Origin: Candidatus Nomurabacteria bacterium
Lineage (GTDB): Bacteria > Patescibacteriota > Minisyncoccia > Phycocordibacterales > UBA9973
Assembly: GCA_052035405.1 (NCBI GenBank)
Contig: JBPOHQ010000003.1
Coordinates: 5,878-69,877, forward strand
Length of the DNA: 64,000 bases
Direction: 5' to 3'
Positions 58,090 through 64,000 of this stretch are shown here, one piece after another. Positions within the stretch are counted from its first letter, which is position 1; every line of letters starts with the position of its first letter. A program made the translations under genes and the position numbers. A model generated the notes under the pieces. That model was not told the origin of the DNA. It saw only the letters and a list, made by a program, of their open reading frames with translations, and did no database searches.

Positions 58090-58677
58090 ATGCAACCCTA
58101 TACTTTTGTATTTTTTGGAATGTTTGGCTCTGGGAAAGGAACACAGATTAAGCTTCTGATGGAGTACCTTAAATCAAAATATCATAAAGAAGTCGTTTAT
58201 GCAGGCACAGGAGAGGGCTTAAGGAATCTTCTCAGTTTAGAAAACGACACATCTACTGTAGTTAAGGATTACATGATGAGAGGGGAATTAATACCTGATT
58301 TTTTAGTTACTTCTTTGGTAACTAATACTTTTATTTCCAATTTAACTCCAGACAAGGTGATATTTATGGATGGTTATCCTAGGACTGTTGCACAAGCTGG
58401 CGTGTTCGAAAGCATGATGAAATTTTTTAACCGGAATAATATAAAGTTTATCTATATAGAATTAAGTAAAGAAGAAGCGGTTAGAAGGAATTCACTTAGA
58501 GGAAGGGCTGACGATACTCTTGATAGTTTTAATAAAAGATATGAAGAGCATGTTAATAACGAAATTCTCGCAATGAGTTATTTTGAAAACAAAGAAGGGT
58601 ACGAAGTTTTTAAGATAAATGGAGAAAAATCAATAGAGGAAGTTCATAAAGACATTATTAATACGTTAAAAATATAA
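58090..58677 (+). CDS. adk: Adenylate kinase-like NMP kinase (short LID)
   Basis: GSGKGTQ, GELIPD, DGYPR, GRADD; start at ATG 58090; canonical position near secY/map. Confidence 0.8.
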   Translation: MQPYTFVFFGMFGSGKGTQIKLLMEYLKSKYHKEVVYAGTGEGLRNLLSLENDTSTVVKDYMMRGELIPDFLVTSLVTNTFISNLTPDKVIFMDGYPRTVAQAGVFESMMKFFNRNNIKFIYIELSKEEAVRRNSLRGRADDTLDSFNKRYEEHVNNEILAMSYFENKEGYEVFKINGEKSIEEVHKDIINTLKI

Positions 58678-58685
58678 TCATTTAT

Positions 58686-59366
58686 ATGAGCGAAACAATA
58701 ATAATTTCATTAGGTGGAGCAATGATCGTACCGGAAAGTATAAACACAGACTTTCTAAAAGAATTCAAAAAATTAATTGTTTCGCATGTTGAGCAGGGAA
58801 AAAAATTTGTGATAATCACAGGAGGAGGGAAGACTTGTAGAAATTACCAAAATGCAGCAAAAGAAATTTCTGAGACTTCACATGAAGATCTAGATTGGAT
58901 AGGTATTGCTACCTGTAATTTAAATGCTGAATTGTTAAGGACTATTTTTAGTGACTACGCAAATAAAAAAGTTATTTCTGACTTAGCTTCTCCTTTTTCT
59001 TTTGAAAAAACAATAGTGATTGGTGGTGCATTAGAACCGGGACATAGTTCTGATTTTGATGCATTTTTAGCTGCAAGAAATCTAGGTGCTAAAAAAGTAA
59101 TAAACCTTTCAAATACTGATTATGTCTATGACAAAGACCCAAAAACTCACCCAGATGCAAAAAAGATTGAGAAAATTTCCTGGGCAGAATATCGTAAACT
59201 TATTCCAGCAGAATGGAACCCAGGACTGAATTCTCCATTTGACCCTATTGCATCAGAAGTAGCAGAAAAAGAGGGTATCACCGTAGTCACTATGAATGGT
59301 AAGAATATCGAAAACTTAGAAAAATGTTTGAACAACGAAGAGTTTGCAGGGACTACTATCTACTAA
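58686..59366 (+). CDS. pyrH: UMP kinase (archaeal-like type)
   Basis: ISLGG, TGGGK, DWIGI, PGHSSD, YVYDKDP, PFDP. Confidence 0.88.
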   Translation: MSETIIISLGGAMIVPESINTDFLKEFKKLIVSHVEQGKKFVIITGGGKTCRNYQNAAKEISETSHEDLDWIGIATCNLNAELLRTIFSDYANKKVISDLASPFSFEKTIVIGGALEPGHSSDFDAFLAARNLGAKKVINLSNTDYVYDKDPKTHPDAKKIEKISWAEYRKLIPAEWNPGLNSPFDPIASEVAEKEGITVVTMNGKNIENLEKCLNNEEFAGTTIY

Positions 59367-59416
59367 TAATAAATAACTAATAATTACACAGGGTACTGTG
59401 TGTAATTATAAAATTA

Positions 59417-60187
59417 ATGGCAATTATAATAAAAACAAAAGAGGAGATAGAGATACTTCGAGAAGGAGGCAAGAGACTCGCGACCGTACTGTATAAAGTA
59501 AAGGACAAAGTGGCTCCAGGTATTTCTACAAAAGAACTCGATGCATATGCTGAGAAGCTAATTAGAGAATATGGTGACGAACCAGCTTTTCTAAACTATA
59601 GACCAGTCGGAGCGAAGACTCCTTTTCCTGCATCTCTTTGCGTATCGATAAATGATGAAGTTGTGCATGGTATACCAAAAGCAGGGAGAATACTAAAAGA
59701 AGGAGATATTATCTCTATTGATTTAGGATTAAAACATAAAGGTATGTTTACTGACATGGCCCTTACTGTACCCGTAGGTAAAATTTCTCCAGCATTAGAA
59801 CAGCTTTTAAAAATAACTGAAGAATCACTTCATGTTGGTATTTCTGCTGCGGTTGGAGGATATAGAGTAGGGGACATTGGGGATGCTATTGAGAGCTTTG
59901 TGAAGCCTCATAAGTACGGTATTGTTGATGTTCTCTCTGGTCACGGAGTTGGAAAGTATATCCATGAAGATCCCTATATTCCTAATTTTGGAAGAAAGGG
60001 CACTGGTGAAAAACTTGTTCCAGGAATGGTAGTCGCTATTGAACCGATGTTAAACATGGGAACTAAAAAAGTTTTTATTGATAAAGACAATTGGACTTTT
60101 AAAACTGTTGACGGGAAACGAAGTGCTCACTTCGAACTCACTATATTGATAACCGATGGCGACCCAGAAATTTTAACGAAGTTTTAA
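59417..60187 (+). CDS. map: Methionine aminopeptidase type I
   Basis: CVSINDEVVHGIP, GHGVG..IHEDP, AIEPM, SAHFE. Confidence 0.96.
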   Translation: MAIIIKTKEEIEILREGGKRLATVLYKVKDKVAPGISTKELDAYAEKLIREYGDEPAFLNYRPVGAKTPFPASLCVSINDEVVHGIPKAGRILKEGDIISIDLGLKHKGMFTDMALTVPVGKISPALEQLLKITEESLHVGISAAVGGYRVGDIGDAIESFVKPHKYGIVDVLSGHGVGKYIHEDPYIPNFGRKGTGEKLVPGMVVAIEPMLNMGTKKVFIDKDNWTFKTVDGKRSAHFELTILITDGDPEILTKF

Positions 60188-60189
60188 TC

Positions 60190-60291
60190 AAGAAACATTG
60201 TGTATTTTAGAGTACGGATATTTTTCTGCTGAAAAATTCCTCGTGCTCGAGCCGCCGCTCTCGCAAGCCTCTAAAACACACAATGTTTCTT
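60190..60291. repeat. 102-bp palindromic element with 23-bp terminal inverted repeats (MITE/REP-like)
   Basis: aagaaacattgtgtattttagag / ctctaaaacacacaatgtttctt (1 mismatch) enclosing GC-richer hairpins. Confidence 0.7.
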
Positions 60292-60314
60292 TAGTTCGTG
60301 TTATAATTTTAGAT

Positions 60315-63086
60315 ATGGAAAAATCATTTCTAGATGAAATGCCTAAATTTAAATCTCCCGATGAGGAGTTGGCTTATTTGCGTGAGCACGTAGCTCAGAG
60401 GGAAAAAGATTTAATGGAAAAGGGTCAATTTGAACATGCTCAAGAAAGTGCTATTCGACATACTATCAATGAGTACAAGCAGGTGTCCGTCTCCGAAGCG
60501 ATACATAAAGATCTTGCACTATCTAAAAAAGAAACTGAAGGGATTGTCCTTAAGCTAAAACCTGAGACTCATGATGCTGTCATGGAGGAACTTCTCGGAC
60601 TTATGATTACTAAAGGTGTGCGTAATGCACTGGAAGTCGTTGAATCAATGGGTAATCCTCACATAGAGGATGATTTTCATCGACTACTGGTTCAGTATTT
60701 TAAAAGCGGACAATATGTAAAGAATCTCAAGGAGGGTAGTCCACTTTATAAATCATTAAATATGACACTTTTTGAAATAACTCTTCCGCCGAGCGATGAT
60801 ACTTCAAAAGGCTTCAAGGAATTCATCGGTGCCATGGAGCAATTCTATGCTGGTATGCAGTCTATTGCTGAAGATCGATATAATAAAAAAGAAAATTATT
60901 TTACCCTTGAGGTAGCTTTATCTAACGACACAGATCATGTAGTAGTGTATGCTGCTGTTCCGAATAAATATATATCACTTTTTGAAAAACAGGTCTTGTC
61001 TTTTTATCATAATGCAAAAATCCATGAAGTAGAAAATGATTACAATATTTTTAATGAAGAAGGTGATTCTGTTGGTGCATATGCGACTTTCACCCAACGT
61101 CCAGTCTTGCCAATAAAGACGTATGACCAAATTGATCATGATCCGATGAATACTATCTTGAATGTATTTTCTAAACTTAAAACTAAAGGAGAGGGGGCTG
61201 CTATACAACTAGTTATTGCTCCCGCTGGAGATAAATTTATAAATGAATTTCATGCCATCTTAGATGATGTAAAAGATGGCAAGTCAGTTAAATACGCTGC
61301 AGATAATTATTATAAATTCACCACTGCATTTTTGAGTGCTTCTAAAGAAGTAATATTTGGTTCAAAGAAGAAAGAAGAGAAGACTGATAAGCATATGACA
61401 GGACGACGAGCTGTAGACGAAGGGGCCGCGGAAAAGATAGGGAATAAGGTCAAAAGTACTATCATGAAAGCGAATATCCGCGTTATTGCTTCAGCAGATT
61501 CTAAAGAAAGAGCAGATTCAATTTTGAAAGAAATAGAGTCATCTTTTAATCAGTTTGCTGAGCCAGCGAGTAATTCTTTTATTTTCGAGAGGGCTCATGG
61601 AAGCGACTTAAAGAAATTATTTTATGACTTTTCTTTTCGGACTTTTTCTCCCGAAGAAGTTTTGCCCATGAATTTAAAAGAGCTTTCTTCAGTATTTCAT
61701 TTTCCTGTAGGTATTTCAGGTCAATCACAATTAAAAGAAGCAAAAGCTGGTAGTGCTCCTGCTCCAATCGAATTAACTACAAGTGGTACCGATGGAATTG
61801 TTCTAGGTATAAATAGCTACCGAGGTAAGGATACAACTATACGCATGTCACGAGAAGATAGAATGAGACATATGTATGTGATAGGGCAGACCGGTACAGG
61901 TAAGACTACAATATTAAAAAATATGATTGCTCAAGATATCCGAAATGGTGACGGATGTTGTTTTATTGATCCGCACGGAACAGACATACAAGATATTCTC
62001 TCTTATGTGCCTAAAGAGAGAATGGATGATGTTATTTATTTTGATCCTGCATACACAGCACGTCCGATGGGGCTCAATATGCTCGAGTATGATCCAAGTT
62101 ACCCAGAGCAGAAGACTTTCGTTGTAAACGAACTGATGGGTATTTTTAACAAACTTTTTGATATGAAAGTTGGAGGTGGAGCTATGTTTGAACAGTATTT
62201 TAGAAATAGTGCATTTCTTGTGATGGAGGACCCAGAGTCAGGTTCAACGCTTCTCGAGATTACTCGAGTTCTTGCTGATAAAAAGTTCCGCGATATGAAA
62301 CTCGCAAAATGTAAAAATCCTATTATTAAACAATTCTGGATTTCTGCAGAAGAAACGACAGGGGATCAGTCTCTAGCCAACTTCGTACCTTATATATCAT
62401 CAAAATTTGATAACTTTATTTCTAACGACATAATGCGTCCAGTGGTACTTCAGCAAAATTCTGTTTTTGATTTTAGGAAAATAATGGATGAAAAGAAAAT
62501 ATTGCTAGTAAATCTTTCAAAAGGAAGACTAGGAGATATAAATGCGAATCTTATCGGTCTGGTTCTCGTAGGCAAGATTCAGATGGCGGCACTTTCTCGT
62601 GTTGATATGTTTGGCAAACCGATGAATGACTTCTATTTATACATCGATGAGTTCCAAAATGTCACCACGGACTCAATAGCATCTATTCTTTCTGAAGCAC
62701 GTAAATATCGTTTGTCTTTGACTGTAGCTCATCAGTACATTTCTCAACTTGAAGAGAAAATAAAAAACGCAGTTTTTGGAAACGTGGGGTCTATGGCTAT
62801 TTATCGTATTTCTCCAGAAGATGCTGCTTTTGTGGAACCTAAATTTAAACCAACTTTTACTGCGAATGATATAACAAAGTTAGATAACTTTAATTCTTAT
62901 GTAAACATGCTCGTGAATGGAACTCCGATAAAGCCTTTTAGTATGACTTCTCACTGGAGTCTCTTGCAAAAAGGGAACAAAGACATTGTTGAACCCTTAA
63001 AAGAACTTTCATATATAAAATATGGTCGTGATCGTGAAGAAGTTGAAGCTGAGATAATGGCACGTTTTAATTCCTCGATGCAATAA
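60315..63086 (+). CDS. VirD4/TraG/HerA-like P-loop ATPase
   Basis: RMRHMYVIGQTGTGKT, FIDPHG, YIDEFQN, SEARKYRLSLTVAHQ; start at ATG 60315. Confidence 0.85.
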   Translation: MEKSFLDEMPKFKSPDEELAYLREHVAQREKDLMEKGQFEHAQESAIRHTINEYKQVSVSEAIHKDLALSKKETEGIVLKLKPETHDAVMEELLGLMITKGVRNALEVVESMGNPHIEDDFHRLLVQYFKSGQYVKNLKEGSPLYKSLNMTLFEITLPPSDDTSKGFKEFIGAMEQFYAGMQSIAEDRYNKKENYFTLEVALSNDTDHVVVYAAVPNKYISLFEKQVLSFYHNAKIHEVENDYNIFNEEGDSVGAYATFTQRPVLPIKTYDQIDHDPMNTILNVFSKLKTKGEGAAIQLVIAPAGDKFINEFHAILDDVKDGKSVKYAADNYYKFTTAFLSASKEVIFGSKKKEEKTDKHMTGRRAVDEGAAEKIGNKVKSTIMKANIRVIASADSKERADSILKEIESSFNQFAEPASNSFIFERAHGSDLKKLFYDFSFRTFSPEEVLPMNLKELSSVFHFPVGISGQSQLKEAKAGSAPAPIELTTSGTDGIVLGINSYRGKDTTIRMSREDRMRHMYVIGQTGTGKTTILKNMIAQDIRNGDGCCFIDPHGTDIQDILSYVPKERMDDVIYFDPAYTARPMGLNMLEYDPSYPEQKTFVVNELMGIFNKLFDMKVGGGAMFEQYFRNSAFLVMEDPESGSTLLEITRVLADKKFRDMKLAKCKNPIIKQFWISAEETTGDQSLANFVPYISSKFDNFISNDIMRPVVLQQNSVFDFRKIMDEKKILLVNLSKGRLGDINANLIGLVLVGKIQMAALSRVDMFGKPMNDFYLYIDEFQNVTTDSIASILSEARKYRLSLTVAHQYISQLEEKIKNAVFGNVGSMAIYRISPEDAAFVEPKFKPTFTANDITKLDNFNSYVNMLVNGTPIKPFSMTSHWSLLQKGNKDIVEPLKELSYIKYGRDREEVEAEIMARFNSSMQ

Positions 63087-63153
63087 TATTATTTGAATAA
63101 AAGGCTTAAATTTGCTAGTATTGGAGCATTATAATATTAATTTAGAATTATCT

Positions 63154-63630
63154 ATGCCAAGACCAAATGATGAGGTTTCTTTGATAATAATCAAACCAGA
63201 CGCTGTTCAGCGTAACTTGATAGGAGATATTATTAGTCGTTTTGAAAAAAAAGGATTGAAAATAGTTGGTATTAAAATGATGAGCATTCAAGATGCCACG
63301 TTAGAAGAACACTATGCTCATATCGTAGATAAACCTTTCTTCCCAGGTATTCGAGATTTTATGAAGGCTTGTCCTGTCGTCGTAATGGCTGTCGCAGGAA
63401 TAAATGCAGTGTCTGCAATTCGTCTTTTAGTGGGACCTACAAAAGCATGGGAAGCTACAGCAGGAACAATTCGAGGAGATTTTTCTCTTTCAACTCAATC
63501 AAACATAGTGCACGCTTCTGACTCAGTTGAAAATGGAATTATTGAGGTTAAAAGATTTTTTATTGATGAAGAAATATTTAATTATCAAAAAATTGATGCA
63601 GATTTTATCTACGCAGAGCATAAAGAATAA
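63154..63630 (+). CDS. ndk: Nucleoside diphosphate kinase
   Basis: IIKPDAVQR, HY..PFF, GTIRGDF, NIVHASDS. Confidence 0.96.
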   Translation: MPRPNDEVSLIIIKPDAVQRNLIGDIISRFEKKGLKIVGIKMMSIQDATLEEHYAHIVDKPFFPGIRDFMKACPVVVMAVAGINAVSAIRLLVGPTKAWEATAGTIRGDFSLSTQSNIVHASDSVENGIIEVKRFFIDEEIFNYQKIDADFIYAEHKE

Positions 63631-63713
63631 TTTTTGCAACTTGTTTTAAAAATAATTTCATGGTTTTTTAAAAAAAAATCTTGCAAATTATTTTTAGAAA
63701 GGTAATATGAACA

Positions 63714-63840
63714 TAGGGTTATTTTTAATTATTACCTAGAACACTATCTTTTGGGAGATTCGATTGGATAAGACCTTGGTCTCATACATCTATCACCCAC
63801 CTAGCTTAATTGCTACGGTAATACATTGAAGATAGCCCTA
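63714..63840 (+). ncRNA. Candidate 6S-like small RNA
   Basis: Promoter TTGCAA-16-TAATAT; rod-like fold with central bubble; no substantial ORF; own terminator. Confidence 0.5.
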
Positions 63841-63846
63841 AGAAGT

Positions 63847-63879
63847 ATCCGCCACTTTAAAAAAGTTCGGCGGATTTTT
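63847..63879 (+). terminator. Intrinsic terminator
   Basis: atccgcc...ggcggat + T-run. Confidence 0.75.
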
Positions 63880-63926
63880 CTTTATATTTAGTTTGTTTAA
63901 TTACTATACGGCGTTATAATGTCCTT

Positions 63927-64000
63927 ATGGACAGAAAGAAACTTTTTATACGATTAACACTCCTTATTCTCTGTATTTTTGTATTGAATTTTATTGCAAC
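63927..64000 (+). CDS. Partial CDS (membrane protein N-terminus), runs off the window
   Basis: ATG 6 nt after TATAAT; MDRKKLFIRLTLLILCIFVLNFIA. Confidence 0.6.
   Translation, partial: MDRKKLFIRLTLLILCIFVLNFIA

Noticed and set aside
59381-59408. Hairpin taattacacag-ggta-ctgtgtgtaatta between pyrH and map
   Set aside because: Short AT-rich stem without a U-tract; too little evidence to assign a function
60198-60314. N-terminal extension of the large ATPase ORF
   Set aside because: Runs through the palindromic element; ATG 60315 follows a TGnTATAAT box

Overview
AT-rich bacterial chromosome segment, very likely Patescibacteria/CPR (Parcubacteria-like): rpmD is missing from the spc block, rplK is not followed by rplA, tRNA genes lack CCA, and Shine-Dalgarno motifs are rare. 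The window holds five tRNAs, a pilM-N-O-like cluster, an ion/redox membrane cluster (two P-type ATPases, DipZ, VKOR, DoxX, Nramp), tsaD with a fused tsaC-tsaE, secE-nusG-rplK, thyA-folA-dcd, a DEAD-box helicase, a large DUF285 repeat surface protein, and the str/S10/spc ribosomal superoperon split into separate transcription units by inserted genes. After secY come cmk, adk, pyrH, map, a VirD4/HerA-like ATPase and ndk. No transposase, integrase or CRISPR array is visible. The most unusual signals are non-coding or very small: (1) a tRNA-like, GCCA-terminated structured element in the tRNA-Ser trailer that can also pair with the tRNA itself; (2) a leader-peptide terminator/antiterminator ahead of a zinc-finger microprotein; (3) further stand-alone Cys/His microprotein units; (4) a 6S-like RNA candidate and other long structured intergenic RNAs; (5) pervasive leaderless-type promoters. 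All RNA structures were paired by eye and all protein calls come from motif recognition, not database searches.
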